The notes under the pieces: generated by a model | Databases searched by the model: none | Told to the model about the DNA's origin: nothing | Seen by the model: only the letters and a program-made list of their open reading frames with translations | Shown here: positions 26,638 through 35,498 of the stretch, in pieces | How the letters are laid out: each line of letters begins with the position of its first letter | Position numbering within the stretch: position 1 is the first letter of the stretch | Program-made: the position numbers and the translations under genes | NCBI GenBank assembly: GCA_002397465.1 | Contig: DHAP01000051.1 | Span: 104,770-168,769, forward strand | Direction of reading: 5' to 3' | DNA length: 64,000 nt | DNA from: Bacillales bacterium UBA4951 | GTDB lineage: Bacteria; Bacillota_I; Bacilli_A; RFN20; CAG-826

Positions 26638-27366
26638 ATGAACCCAATTGTAGGAAACATTCTCGTTGCGGTAAGCTGCTTTCTTTTTGGTTACCTTATC
26701 GGTGGGATTCCGAATGGCGTGATCATCGGACGGATATTTTTCGGCAAAGATCCTAGAGATTATGGGAGCCACAATTCAGGCGGCACCAATTCAGGCCGTG
26801 TTTTCGGCAAATGGATAGGTTTTCTCGTCATCTTTCTCGACATGATGAAGGCGGTAATAGCTTTCTATGCCGTCTGGGCTGTCATTCGTTTCTCGTCGCT
26901 TCAAACCACTACGCCTTTATGGGATGACGGAGTGTTCTATATTTGGCTGACGGGCCTCGGTGTTTCAGTCGGCCATTGCTGGTCTCCTTATCTCAATTTC
27001 AAAGGTGGCAAGACCGTGGCTTGTTTCATGGGTTTGGTCGGCGGAACTTCCTGGCTTGGCTTCATCGTTTGCTGCTTATCGTTCTTCCCGTTCCTCTTCC
27101 AAAAGAAAATCGTCTCCCGCTCGTCTTTATTCTCTGGGGCGATCATCGTGGCTTTCGAATGGGTGATGTATCTCATCGTTGCTTTGAGCGGATGGGATGG
27201 GACCATCCTGATGTGGAACTTTGGGGCTGGAGGCGGCCTCTTCTTTGGCTGGGAAAGCGCAAGCGTCGTCACAGCAGTCTACCTTATTATGGTTTTAAGA
27301 CATTCCCAGAATATCAAACGCCTCAAGGCCGGAACCGAGTCAAAACTTGACTGGAGTGGTAAATAA
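26638..27366 (+). CDS. plsY: Glycerol-3-phosphate acyltransferase PlsY
   Basis: 242 aa polytopic membrane protein. GSHNSGGTNSGRVFGKW matches the PlsY SGNxGxTN motif region. Confidence 0.9.
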   Translation: MNPIVGNILVAVSCFLFGYLIGGIPNGVIIGRIFFGKDPRDYGSHNSGGTNSGRVFGKWIGFLVIFLDMMKAVIAFYAVWAVIRFSSLQTTTPLWDDGVFYIWLTGLGVSVGHCWSPYLNFKGGKTVACFMGLVGGTSWLGFIVCCLSFFPFLFQKKIVSRSSLFSGAIIVAFEWVMYLIVALSGWDGTILMWNFGAGGGLFFGWESASVVTAVYLIMVLRHSQNIKRLKAGTESKLDWSGK

Positions 27367-27396
27367 TTAGTAGTTATTTGTAACATTATTTTCGAC

Positions 27397-27405
27397 TGTG
27401 GATAA
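27397..27405 (-). promoter_or_regulatory. Perfect DnaA-box 9-mer (TTATCCACA on the - strand)
   Basis: TGTGGATAACTA read on +, in the AT-rich convergent gap between plsY and the yneF-like gene. Confidence 0.5.
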
Positions 27406-27515
27406 CTAGATAAATCAAAATTATATGACATTTTAATTCGATGATGCCTATGTTTTTGATTGACGTTTTTGTAATTGTCCGTTCAATTCTCTAAAATTGA
27501 CGTAAAAATTATCCC

Positions 27516-27544
27516 AATAAAAAAGCCCTCGATTTGGAGGGCTT
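27516..27544 (-). terminator. Rho-independent terminator of the efp/yneF-like unit
   Basis: AAGCCCTC-GATTTG-GAGGGCTT, with TTTTTTATT following on the - strand. Confidence 0.75.
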
Positions 27545-27570
27545 ATAAACTTGTTAAGGCAGCACTGCTG

Positions 27571-27792
27571 CTACATGTTTTTCTTCATCGAATTCATGAC
27601 GGCACGGATTTGAGCCTCTGATGGCTTACGCCCCATTTGGCTGAACATCGCACGGATCATGGCTTCATTGACTGGAGGGTTCTTTTCCATCTCTCTCTTC
27701 ATAAGAGCTCTCGCTCCGAAGAATCCGATGGCTAAGCCAGCGATAAGACAAAGAATTAGATAGAGGACAAATTGCCAAACCTCGATGGTCAT
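27571..27792 (-). CDS. Small membrane protein, UPF0154 (YneF-like)
   Basis: 73 aa. One N-terminal TM segment, then KNPPVNEAMIRAMFSQMGRKPSEAQI, closely resembling B. subtilis YneF as I recall it. Confidence 0.8.
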   Translation of the reverse strand: MTIEVWQFVLYLILCLIAGLAIGFFGARALMKREMEKNPPVNEAMIRAMFSQMGRKPSEAQIRAVMNSMKKNM

Positions 27793-27794
27793 GG

Positions 27795-28352
27795 TTAGGC
27801 CCTCTTATCGTATTTGCCTGTCGTGGTGTCCACTAAGACTTTTTCACCAGCGTTGATGAAGAGCGGAATTCTGATCTTGAGTCCAGTTTCCAAGGTGGCA
27901 TCTTTCGATCCGCCGTTTGTGACTGTGTCTCCACGGACACCAGGTTCGCACTCGGTGACGGTCAAGGCAACTTTGGCTGGAAGCTCGACTCCGAGGATCT
28001 CATCTTCATACGAGACGATGATGACCTCACAGTTCGGGGCGAGATATGGAATCTCGTGAACAAGGTTCTGCTTCGGAAGCTCGACTTGATCGTATGTTTT
28101 CGGATCCATAAAGACCAAAGTGGTTCCTGAATCATAGAGATACTGCATGGTTCTCTTTGTAATCGAAACGATTTGAACATCGTACCCACTGTTACGGGCT
28201 ATCTCGATGACGGCACCGGTGCGGATGTTCTTAACTTTGACTTTGGCCACCATCTTACGCATGGCGGTCTTGTTGAGCAAAATATCAAGGACTTGATACA
28301 GGGTATCCTCGTCTTCAAAGTAATTGCCCGGGCGTAATTCTGTAACGTTCAT
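27795..28352 (-). CDS. efp: Elongation factor P
   Basis: 185 aa. Typical EF-P N-terminus (ELRPGNYFEDEDTLYQVLD...KVKVKNIRTG). AAGGAG SD upstream. Confidence 0.95.
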   Translation of the reverse strand: MNVTELRPGNYFEDEDTLYQVLDILLNKTAMRKMVAKVKVKNIRTGAVIEIARNSGYDVQIVSITKRTMQYLYDSGTTLVFMDPKTYDQVELPKQNLVHEIPYLAPNCEVIIVSYEDEILGVELPAKVALTVTECEPGVRGDTVTNGGSKDATLETGLKIRIPLFINAGEKVLVDTTTGKYDKRA

Positions 28353-28405
28353 ACTTAAAAATCTCCTTTACTACGCGGTTGGTATTCTATACCAATGCCG
28401 CTTGA

Positions 28406-28414
28406 TTATCCACA
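28406..28414 (+). promoter_or_regulatory. Perfect DnaA-box 9-mer (TTATCCACA) upstream of efp
   Basis: The - strand reads TAAAAATGTGGATAA, identical over 15 nt to the 18.09-kb copy. It lies next to the palindrome TGGTAT-TCT-ATACCA (28379-28393). Confidence 0.5.
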
Positions 28415-28493
28415 TTTTTAGGCCTTCAAGTCCGATGGGCGCTTAAAAAACGGCCATTTGCCGCTTCCGAGTCTCAATAAAGTCGATGGACTA

Positions 28494-29117
28494 TCAATGA
28501 AAGGCTTCGTTGTAGGCTAACTCGTTTCCAATCGTCGTCGCTTCGCCATGTCCCGGGTAGACTTTGGTGGAAATCGGGAGTTTGGCAAGTTTTCGTAACG
28601 AGGAATCGATGGTTCTGTTGCTTCCTCCAGGGAGGTCGCTTCTTCCGATTCCTAGATGGAACAAAGTGTCTCCGGAGAAAAGGACGTGCTCATCTTCAAG
28701 ATAGTAGCAAACGCTTCCCGGAGTATGAAAGGGAGTCGCTATGACTTTGAAAATGTATTTTCCGAGTTTGACTTCATCCTCATCGTCGAACTCATATTGG
28801 TTAAGACCGCCTAAAACAATCGGCTGGTCCTCATTTTTCGAGAGATTCAATTCTGGGTCTGAAAGATATTCGGAGTCGGCTTCGGAAATAAAAACCGGAG
28901 CCTGGTGGGTCAAACTCATCAAGCCTCCGATGTGATCATAATGGCCGTGCGTGATCAAATAGGCTAAGCAACGCTTATGATGCTTTTCGATGTAGTTATC
29001 CAAGGAAGAGTTCTTGTTGTATCCAGGATCCACCACAATGCAAGAATCGCCTTCTTCTCCGATGACATAGGTATTGCATTCCTCGCCGCCGTGGTAGAGT
29101 TTGGCAATCTTGATCAT
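28494..29117 (-). CDS. MBL-fold metallo-hydrolase (YqgX/hydroxyacylglutathione hydrolase-like)
   Basis: 207 aa. HxHxDH motif (ITHGHYDHIGG) and a downstream His/Asp ligand pattern. Confidence 0.8.
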   Translation of the reverse strand: MIKIAKLYHGGEECNTYVIGEEGDSCIVVDPGYNKNSSLDNYIEKHHKRCLAYLITHGHYDHIGGLMSLTHQAPVFISEADSEYLSDPELNLSKNEDQPIVLGGLNQYEFDDEDEVKLGKYIFKVIATPFHTPGSVCYYLEDEHVLFSGDTLFHLGIGRSDLPGGSNRTIDSSLRKLAKLPISTKVYPGHGEATTIGNELAYNEAFH

Positions 29118-29121
29118 CAGG

Positions 29122-29148
29122 AATAAAAAAATAAGGCCGAAGCCTTAT
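29122..29148 (-). terminator. Hairpin plus T-run directly after rpmG
   Basis: ATAAGGC-CGAA-GCCTTAT overlaps the rpmG stop, and TTTTTTTATT follows on the - strand. The T-run ends only 5 nt before the MBL-hydrolase ATG, so it may act as an attenuator rather than a full stop. Confidence 0.55.
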
Positions 29149-29306
29149 TTAGCCTCCTTATGGAGCGTCATCTTGTTGCAGCGTGGGCAGAACTTCATGA
29201 TTTCCATTTTGTTAGGATGCGACTTCTTGTTGCGGGTGGAGATGTAATTCTGTTCGCCGCAGATAGAGCACTTTAAGGTAATGTTATCGCGTTTGGATTT
29301 GGCCAT
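29145..29306 (-). CDS. rpmG: 50S ribosomal protein L33
   Basis: 53-aa ORF below the ORF-track cutoff, translated by hand: MAKSKRDNITLKCSICGEQNYISTRNKKSHPNKMEIMKFCPRCNKMTLHKEAK. It has the CxxC...CxxC zinc ribbon typical of L33. Confidence 0.9.
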   Translation of the reverse strand: MAKSKRDNITLKCSICGEQNYISTRNKKSHPNKMEIMKFCPRCNKMTLHKEAK

Positions 29307-29389
29307 TGTTTTTCACACTTCTTTCTTTTAGCGGTTGTAATCCTAGCATAGACTCCGCCAATTATCTACAAGAATTCGTGGAAATGCGT

Positions 29390-29395
29390 TAAAAT
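29390..29395 (+). promoter_or_regulatory. -10-like hexamer TAAAAT 9 nt upstream of the ispG ATG (candidate leaderless promoter)
   Basis: GCGTTAAAATgcttttcatATG. There is no SD between the hexamer and the start. Confidence 0.4.
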
Positions 29396-29404
29396 GCTTT
29401 TCAT

Positions 29405-30457
29405 ATGAAGCAAAGAGAAACGACACGTAGTGTCGCCTTGGGGCAGTTAAGCCTTGGGGGCAATGACCATGTCTACGTCCAGAGCATGTGCAATATCAAG
29501 ACATCCCGTTATGAGGAAGTGAGCGAGCAAATCAATCGCTGTGCTGCCCTAGGAGCCGAGATTATGCGCGTTTCCGTTTTGGATTTCGAAGATGCCGCCG
29601 CAATAAAAGAGATAAAGAAGAGAACGTCGATTCCCCTTGTGGCCGACATTCATATCGACCATCGCTTGGCTTTAGCAAGCCTTGAATCCGGCGTCGATGC
29701 CATTAGGATCAACCCCGGAAACATCGGCGACATCCAAAAAATCAAGGAAGTTGTCGAAGCCTGCAAACTCGCTCACGCGCCCATCAGAATAGGCGTCAAC
29801 TCCGGAAGCCTTGATAAGTCCGTCTACTATGGCAAGGATTTGATCAAAGGCGAGTATCTTTTCGAATCAGCTGAGAAACATGTGAAGATTCTTGAGAGCC
29901 TTGATTTCCATGACATCGTCATCTCCTTGAAAGGCTCTTCAGTCGAAGAGACCATTGAGGCTTATCGCTTGGCCGCCAAACGCTTCCCCTATCCGCTTCA
30001 TCTCGGCATTACCGAGGCTGGGCCGAAGGATATTGGACTAATCCGCTCGGCTGCCGGGCTTTCGCCGCTGCTTTTGGATGGCATAGGGAACACGATTCGC
30101 ATTTCCTTGAGCGATGAGCCTGAGGAAGAGATAAAAGCCTGCAACCGACTTCTTCATGATCTCGACCTGAAGAAAGATTATCCGACTTTCATTTCCTGCC
30201 CAACATGCGGGCGTACGCAAGTAAATCTCATTCCTTTGGCCAAGAAAGTCCTCATCTACCTAGAAGAAAACCACATTAACAAGACCGTGGCCATCATGGG
30301 TTGCATCGTCAACGGGCCTGGCGAAGCGAGACACGCCGATTTGGGCGCGGCCGGCGGAAAAGGCTGCTGGGCCATTTTCAAAAAAGGCGAAGTCATCAAA
30401 ACCGTTGATGAGAAAGATGTTTATCTTACCCTTGTCGAAGAAATCAACAAGTTATAG
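29405..30457 (+). CDS. ispG: 4-hydroxy-3-methylbut-2-enyl diphosphate synthase (IspG/GcpE)
   Basis: 350 aa. TIM-barrel N-terminus (VQSMCNIKT) and C-terminal Fe-S Cys motif (CPTCGRT...GCIVNGPGE). Confidence 0.9.
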   Translation: MKQRETTRSVALGQLSLGGNDHVYVQSMCNIKTSRYEEVSEQINRCAALGAEIMRVSVLDFEDAAAIKEIKKRTSIPLVADIHIDHRLALASLESGVDAIRINPGNIGDIQKIKEVVEACKLAHAPIRIGVNSGSLDKSVYYGKDLIKGEYLFESAEKHVKILESLDFHDIVISLKGSSVEETIEAYRLAAKRFPYPLHLGITEAGPKDIGLIRSAAGLSPLLLDGIGNTIRISLSDEPEEEIKACNRLLHDLDLKKDYPTFISCPTCGRTQVNLIPLAKKVLIYLEENHINKTVAIMGCIVNGPGEARHADLGAAGGKGCWAIFKKGEVIKTVDEKDVYLTLVEEINKL

Positions 30458-31342
30458 CTTTTCTCTCCAGCCATCGACGTATTTTCCAGAAACAAGCATC
30501 TCTATTTCCTTTTTATATGGGTATTTCTCACCGACCATCGGGGTCTCCAAAATTTTGGGGATGCTCGAAAAGCGTTTTTCGTGGGCCCATCTTGAAAGGG
30601 TTTCGAATCCAATCGTCCCGTAGCCAATGTTCTCGTGGCGGTCTTTTCCGGATCCCATCACGTTTTTGGAGTCGTTAAGATGAATCACCTTAAGCTTATC
30701 CAATCCGATGAGTGAATCGAACTTCTTCACTAAAGAGTCGATGTCGCTGACGTCGTATCCGGCGTCGTTAAGATGACAAGTGTCAAGGCAAACGCCGATT
30801 CTGTCTTGCTTTTTTATGCGGGAGACGATTTCTGATATTTCTTCTAAGCTTCTCCCAAGCTCATTGCCTTTCCCAGCCATCGATTCGAGGCAGATGGTCA
30901 CTCCGCCGTTATCGCTATCCAATACTTCGTTTATTGCCGAAGCACATGTCTCGATGCCTTCTTCAGGGCTTGCCCCGAGAGTGGATCCAGGATGCAAGAC
31001 AAGCAACGAGAGGCCGAAGTCCTTCACTCTTGTCAGTTCGCTTCCCAAAAACCGTTTCCCAAGTTCATAGACATCAGGGTTTTTGGAGTTTGATAGATTG
31101 ATGATGTATGGCGCATGGACAACGATGGTAGACAAGTCCATGCCATGTTCCTTGCAAAAAGAAGTCCCCTCTTTGATCTTCATTATCGAGGTCGGAAGCC
31201 GTCTGTTGTTCTGAGGGGCTCCTGTGTAGAACATGAAAGAAGATTCGTTGAATGAGGCGGCCTGTTCAGCGCCCGCAAGAAAATAGTCAGGAGCCTTCAG
31301 GGAAATATGCGAACCAATCAGAATCTTTTCGTCATTCGTCAT
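30452..31342 (-). CDS. nfo: Endonuclease IV
   Basis: IGSHISLKAPDYFLAGAEQA...VVHAPYIINL...CLDTCHLNDAGYD are Nfo metal-ligand motifs. The start is set at the ATG at 31342 (MTNDEKILIGSH). The longer ORF-track version runs into the helicase gene. Confidence 0.9.
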   Translation of the reverse strand: MTNDEKILIGSHISLKAPDYFLAGAEQAASFNESSFMFYTGAPQNNRRLPTSIMKIKEGTSFCKEHGMDLSTIVVHAPYIINLSNSKNPDVYELGKRFLGSELTRVKDFGLSLLVLHPGSTLGASPEEGIETCASAINEVLDSDNGGVTICLESMAGKGNELGRSLEEISEIVSRIKKQDRIGVCLDTCHLNDAGYDVSDIDSLVKKFDSLIGLDKLKVIHLNDSKNVMGSGKDRHENIGYGTIGFETLSRWAHEKRFSSIPKILETPMVGEKYPYKKEIEMLVSGKYVDGWREKL

Positions 31343-32702
31343 TTTGCTTTTTGTTTTTGGCTTTCCACTCTTTGTCGAGTTCCTTGCGGATCGATTTTTG
31401 AATAGCTTTCCGACGGTATTTTCTTTTAACTTTGTCGATGGCGAACTGTCTCTTTTTCTTATACATAGGTTCGACATGGGGGCGTCTTGACTGGGCTTTG
31501 GCGATGAGGATTTCTTTTCTCTCCTCTTCGGGCAATTCTTTCTTCTTGGTGAGTTTGCTCTTTTTCTCCAAGCCAACCGGATCAGGCTCTAAAGCGCCAT
31601 TCTTGAGATTGAAGAAGTCAAACTTGGCGCCTTCTGCCATAAGCTGCTCTGGGCGTTCCTCGGTGTCGGAGTTATAAAAGACCCAAGAATCGCCGCTTTT
31701 GCCGAATCGACCAGTCCTTCCGGCTCTATGGAAATAGAAATCGGAATCGCTTGGTAGGTCCACTGAAACAACGTCGGAAACATCGGCGATATCTATTCCG
31801 CGCGAAAGCAAGTCACTGCAGACGATTATCTGATAACGGTTTGCTTTAATGTCGCGAATGGCTTTTTTACGCGAACGATCATCGAGGTCGCCTGAGAAAT
31901 ACAAAGCCGATATGTTGTTGTCTTGAAGATACTTGTGAAGTTCGCCAACCGTTTCTTTCTTTGTTGCGAAAACAAGGCAAAGATAAGGCTTTCTCCAATT
32001 CAAGAACTGAACCAAGGCGTTACCCATTCCTACATGTTTTATATTGACTAGATGGTGAGAAACTTTCGAAGAAGTCTGAACTTTGTCGCTTTCGAACTCA
32101 AAATCGCTTCTGACGAATTTCCGGAGTTCGTCTTTGAGGTTTTGCTTTAGGGTAGCCGAGAAAACCATCGTCTGAGGATCTTTCAAGACGGCGAATATGG
32201 ATTCGATGTCCTCGAAGTATCCTAAGTCCAAAAGCATATCGGCCTCATCCAAAACGACGCGTTTGACGTTTTGAAGGCCAAATTTGGCTTTGTCGATGAG
32301 GATGTCTTTCATACGTCCAGGCGTCCCGATGATTATTTGCGGAGGTTCAACCGAGCCTTCCTCGTTTTGGCTGACATTGCTCTCAGATGAGTAAAGCCTG
32401 ATTTTCAAATGAGGATAAAAAGGAACAAAAGCCCTGGCAAAATCGAAGATTTGCCTTGCTAGTTCTCGTGTCGGAGCGATTATCAACGACTGGGGGCGGT
32501 TAAGCTCTGTATCGGTTTTTTCGATGATAGGGATCAAATAGGCATGGGTCTTGCCACTGCCAGTCTCTGATTGAGCCAATAAAGAAACGCCACGGAGGGC
32601 TTTTGGAATCACCGCCGTTTGGACTGGTGAAGGTTCGACGTATCCCTGCTTCTTGAGAGCGGAGACCATTTGCTTTGATAAAGAAAATCCACTGAAACTC
32701 AT
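31332..32702 (-). CDS. DEAD-box ATP-dependent RNA helicase (CshB-like)
   Basis: Q motif (SPVQ), AQSETGSGKT, DEAD, SAT and HRAGRTGR motifs, with a basic C-terminal tail. The ATG at 32702 (MSFSGFSLSKQ) is preferred over the ORF-track TTG at 32735. Confidence 0.9.
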   Translation of the reverse strand: MSFSGFSLSKQMVSALKKQGYVEPSPVQTAVIPKALRGVSLLAQSETGSGKTHAYLIPIIEKTDTELNRPQSLIIAPTRELARQIFDFARAFVPFYPHLKIRLYSSESNVSQNEEGSVEPPQIIIGTPGRMKDILIDKAKFGLQNVKRVVLDEADMLLDLGYFEDIESIFAVLKDPQTMVFSATLKQNLKDELRKFVRSDFEFESDKVQTSSKVSHHLVNIKHVGMGNALVQFLNWRKPYLCLVFATKKETVGELHKYLQDNNISALYFSGDLDDRSRKKAIRDIKANRYQIIVCSDLLSRGIDIADVSDVVSVDLPSDSDFYFHRAGRTGRFGKSGDSWVFYNSDTEERPEQLMAEGAKFDFFNLKNGALEPDPVGLEKKSKLTKKKELPEEERKEILIAKAQSRRPHVEPMYKKKRQFAIDKVKRKYRRKAIQKSIRKELDKEWKAKNKKQNDE

Positions 32703-32711
32703 AATGCCGAC

Positions 32712-32717
32712 ATTATA
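32712..32717 (-). promoter_or_regulatory. TATAAT 9 nt upstream of the DEAD-box helicase ATG (candidate leaderless promoter)
   Basis: The - strand reads TATAATgtcggcattATG, with no SD. Confidence 0.4.
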
Positions 32718-32751
32718 GAGAATTTTCGCTTCCAATTCATCTTGTTCGCGT

Positions 32752-32757
32752 GATAAT
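32752..32757 (+). promoter_or_regulatory. GATAAT 9 nt upstream of the ispH ATG (candidate leaderless promoter)
   Basis: GTGATAATtattaaaatATG. The 9-nt gap is entirely A/T and has no SD. Confidence 0.4.
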
Positions 32758-32766
32758 TATTAAAAT

Positions 32767-33657
32767 ATGGAAACAATAGTCGTCAACCCACATGGTTTTT
32801 GTGAAGGGGTCGTCAAAGCTATCGCTTTAGCTAAAAAAGCAAAGAGAGAACACCCGAACGAAGAAATTCACGTAATTGGGATGCTCGTTCACAATGAAGA
32901 AGTGACGAAGAAGCTCGCAAACGAAGGACTAATTTTCCATGACGAGAAAGAGAAACCGCTTTTTGATCAATTGTCTTCTTTGAAGGATGGCTCAGTCATC
33001 GTTTTCGCGGCCCATGGGCACGAACCAAGACTGGATAAGCTAGCCAAAGAAAAAAACATGACCATCTATGACGCTACTTGTGAGTTTGTCAATTCGAACG
33101 CCAAATCGATCAAAGACGAGATTAGCAAAGGCCATGAAGTCATCTATATCGGCAAGGAAGGCCACGCCGAAAGCGTAGGCGCCATCGGGATAGATTCCAA
33201 AAAGGTATTCTTATGCGACCCATCGAAGGAGAACACTTTCTGGCACAGCATCAAAGATCCTTCTCCGGCCGTTGTAAGTCAAACGACGATGGACTTGGCC
33301 GATTTGTATTTCGCCAAGAAGGCCCTTTCCGTCCTTTTTCCCAAAGCCAGATTCAAAGACGAAAGATGCTTTGCTACAAAAAAGAGACAAGAGGCCTTAT
33401 ACAAAGTTGGCGAAGATGTCGACGTTTTCGTTATTCTTGGCTCCTGCACAAGCAACAACACCATGAAGCTCTGCTCAATTGCCAAAGACAATTTCCCGAA
33501 AGCCGATGTCTACAGGATCAACTCCATGGAAGAGCTCAAAGCCGTCAAACTTGAAGGAAAAAAGAGAGTGGCACTAGCCAGCGGAGCTTCCACTTCGCCA
33601 GAATTCTTCAACAAAGTAAACGACTATTTGAGAAAATACAAAGCTTCCAACAAATAG
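32767..33657 (+). CDS. ispH: 4-hydroxy-3-methylbut-2-enyl diphosphate reductase (IspH/LytB)
   Basis: 296 aa. HGFCEGVVKAI..., AHGH... and SQTT... are LytB-conserved blocks. Confidence 0.9.
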   Translation: METIVVNPHGFCEGVVKAIALAKKAKREHPNEEIHVIGMLVHNEEVTKKLANEGLIFHDEKEKPLFDQLSSLKDGSVIVFAAHGHEPRLDKLAKEKNMTIYDATCEFVNSNAKSIKDEISKGHEVIYIGKEGHAESVGAIGIDSKKVFLCDPSKENTFWHSIKDPSPAVVSQTTMDLADLYFAKKALSVLFPKARFKDERCFATKKRQEALYKVGEDVDVFVILGSCTSNNTMKLCSIAKDNFPKADVYRINSMEELKAVKLEGKKRVALASGASTSPEFFNKVNDYLRKYKASNK

Positions 33658-33796
33658 AAAATCTGATTGCGTATAGTTCGTAGCAATTTAATAATTAGTA
33701 TATTTATAGTAATACTATTGTTGTGGATTTATTCGATTAAATCACACTATATTATGAATTGCATGAAAGTGATTCCGATAAGGTGATTGCGGAAGA

Positions 33797-34465
33797 TTAT
33801 CCGTTAACCACTTCTTCTATATCCGACAGTTCTTGTTTTAGAAGCGTAATCCCCTTGGCTTCAGGTTCTTTTTCGATGAGGCCCCTAAGGAGGGCTTTTC
33901 TTTTCTTAAGGAAATCGATCCATTCGGACGTTCTTTTTTGCAAAAGAATTGGCCCAAAGGATAGCTCCTGTTCGCTATAGCCACCATCTTTAGTCCCTTT
34001 TTCGAAAAGGATGATTGTATATGGCTTCCCGGAATCGTATAAAAAGGTTTCGTCTTTAATGAAAAATCCGAGTTCACATATGGCTTTTCTGACTAATGGG
34101 ATGTCTGTGTGGGCATCTATTATCAATCTTTCGACGCCATCGAGTTTATCCTTTCCGTCGTTTAAAATTCTAACGATTAAAGAACCACCCATTCCGGCGA
34201 TGATGATGGTGTCTATGTCTTCCTTCATTTGGCTTATGCCGTCGCTGAGGGAAAGCGAGCACCTATTTAGCAAAGAAGCGGCCGTTACCGCTGCTTCCAT
34301 GCGCTTATAGGGCCCTATTTTGTTCTCAACGGCCTGACATTCATCCGCCAAGCCGTTGGACAAAAGATATATTGGAACTTCGGCATGATCGCTTCCGACG
34401 TCTAAAACGCGTGATCCCTTTTTGACATAAGAAACCACCGCCAAAAGACGTTTGGAAAGGATCAT
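33797..34465 (-). CDS. trmK: tRNA (adenine22-N1)-methyltransferase TrmK
   Basis: 222 aa. [32 protein letters not shown] is the TrmK/YqfN SAM-binding N-terminus. It lies downstream of sigA, as in B. subtilis. Confidence 0.8.
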   Translation of the reverse strand: MILSKRLLAVVSYVKKGSRVLDVGSDHAEVPIYLLSNGLADECQAVENKIGPYKRMEAAVTAASLLNRCSLSLSDGISQMKEDIDTIIIAGMGGSLIVRILNDGKDKLDGVERLIIDAHTDIPLVRKAICELGFFIKDETFLYDSGKPYTIILFEKGTKDGGYSEQELSFGPILLQKRTSEWIDFLKKRKALLRGLIEKEPEAKGITLLKQELSDIEEVVNG

Positions 34466-35490
34466 TTTTTCAGAGCCTTCTTCATTTTTGCGAGTGCGGT
34501 ATCCCTGATTTGCCTGATTCTTTCCCTAGACAAATCGTATTCCATGCCAACATCTTCCAATGACCTTTGGGTTTTGTCTTTGATGCCGTAAATTTCCATG
34601 ATTACGTTTCTTTCGCGCTCATTAAGAACGGCCAAGCCTCTGGCTACGGTCCTCATGTTGTCTTCGACTTCCACTCCCTTTGTCGGGTCATCACCGTTGG
34701 GATCTCTCACCAAGTCGATGTACTCGTCTTCGTCTTTATCGCCTACCGGTGCGTTTAATGACGTTGTTGATGTCGGCAAACAAGCGTAATAACGGATGTC
34801 CTCCACGTTTAAGTTAGGGATGGCGTCCGCTACTTCCTCGTCTGTGGCTTCACGGCCGTATTGCTGGGCCAGTTCGTGCCTGGTGCGATTGATTTTGGAA
34901 AGCATCTCGCTCACATGAAGCGGGATTCTGATGTTCCTCGATTGGTCGGCGATGGCTCTCGTAATGGCTTGTTTTATCCACCACATGGCGTAAGTGGAAA
35001 ACTTAAATCCTTTTCTGTAGTCGAATTTCTCAGCCGCTCTGGCCAAGCCCATGTTGCCTTCTTGGATCAAGTCCTGAAGGGGCACGTTGACGTTGTTATA
35101 GCGTTTAGCGGCCGAAACAACTAATCTCAAATTGGAATTAATGAGCTCGTTTTTGGCTTCGTTGTCACCTTCGAGAATTCTTTTTCCTAGAGCTGCTTCC
35201 TGCTCCTTGGTTAGAAGCGGATATTGCCCCATTTGAGACAAATACAGTTTCAAAGAATCGCTGCAGCCAACTGAATCTGGCTTAGCGAGAATTTGGTTTT
35301 CTTTGTCGACTATTTGAAAACCTTCTTTTTCAAGCTTGGCAATCAACGCTTCGTATTCTTCTTCGCTTAAAACGAAATCGTCTGCCGCGTCAAGCAGTTG
35401 AGACTGGTCTATCGGGCTGGTTTTCCCTTTTGCTAGAAAGAAATCTAGGGCGGCTTTCAAGCCAATCTGCTGAGCGTGGTTTTTCTTCAT
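34462..35490 (-). CDS. Second sigma-70 family factor with regions 1.2-4.2 (rpoD paralog)
   Basis: 342 aa. Region 2 ([49 protein letters not shown]) and region 4.2 ([19 protein letters not shown]) align closely with the adjacent rpoD. ATGA overlap with trmK. Confidence 0.85.
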   Translation of the reverse strand: MKKNHAQQIGLKAALDFFLAKGKTSPIDQSQLLDAADDFVLSEEEYEALIAKLEKEGFQIVDKENQILAKPDSVGCSDSLKLYLSQMGQYPLLTKEQEAALGKRILEGDNEAKNELINSNLRLVVSAAKRYNNVNVPLQDLIQEGNMGLARAAEKFDYRKGFKFSTYAMWWIKQAITRAIADQSRNIRIPLHVSEMLSKINRTRHELAQQYGREATDEEVADAIPNLNVEDIRYYACLPTSTTSLNAPVGDKDEDEYIDLVRDPNGDDPTKGVEVEDNMRTVARGLAVLNERERNVIMEIYGIKDKTQRSLEDVGMEYDLSRERIRQIRDTALAKMKKALKK

Positions 35491-35498
35491 GGTGTTTG

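Noticed and set aside
27364-27386. Resemblance of AATTAGTAGTTATTTGTAAC (and AATTAGTAT in island C) to E. coli Ter sites (TerA is AATTAGTATGTTGTAACTAAAGT). The CTAAAGT in the 17-mer motif is a similar case.
   Set aside because: The alignment needs a 3-nt indel in the critical GTTGTAAC core. As far as I know, Tus is confined to enterobacteria and relatives and is not expected in a Bacillota-like genome. The motif orientation follows the upstream gene rather than the replichore. A Ter-like function for some other protein remains untested.
31343-31576. The N-terminal 78-aa extension of the nfo ORF (the ORF track gives 30452-31576).
   Set aside because: The extension overlaps the 3' end of the DEAD-box helicase gene and is basic low-complexity sequence. 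The Nfo homology begins at MTNDEKILIGSH (ATG at 31342).
33665-33792. The 8-bp direct repeat TGATTGCG (33665-33672 and 33785-33792) flanking AT-rich island C, considered as a target-site duplication of a MITE-like insertion.
   Set aside because: No terminal inverted repeats lie inside the direct repeats. An 8-mer repeat within about 140 nt has roughly a 10-15% chance expectation. The other islands show no comparable flanking repeats.
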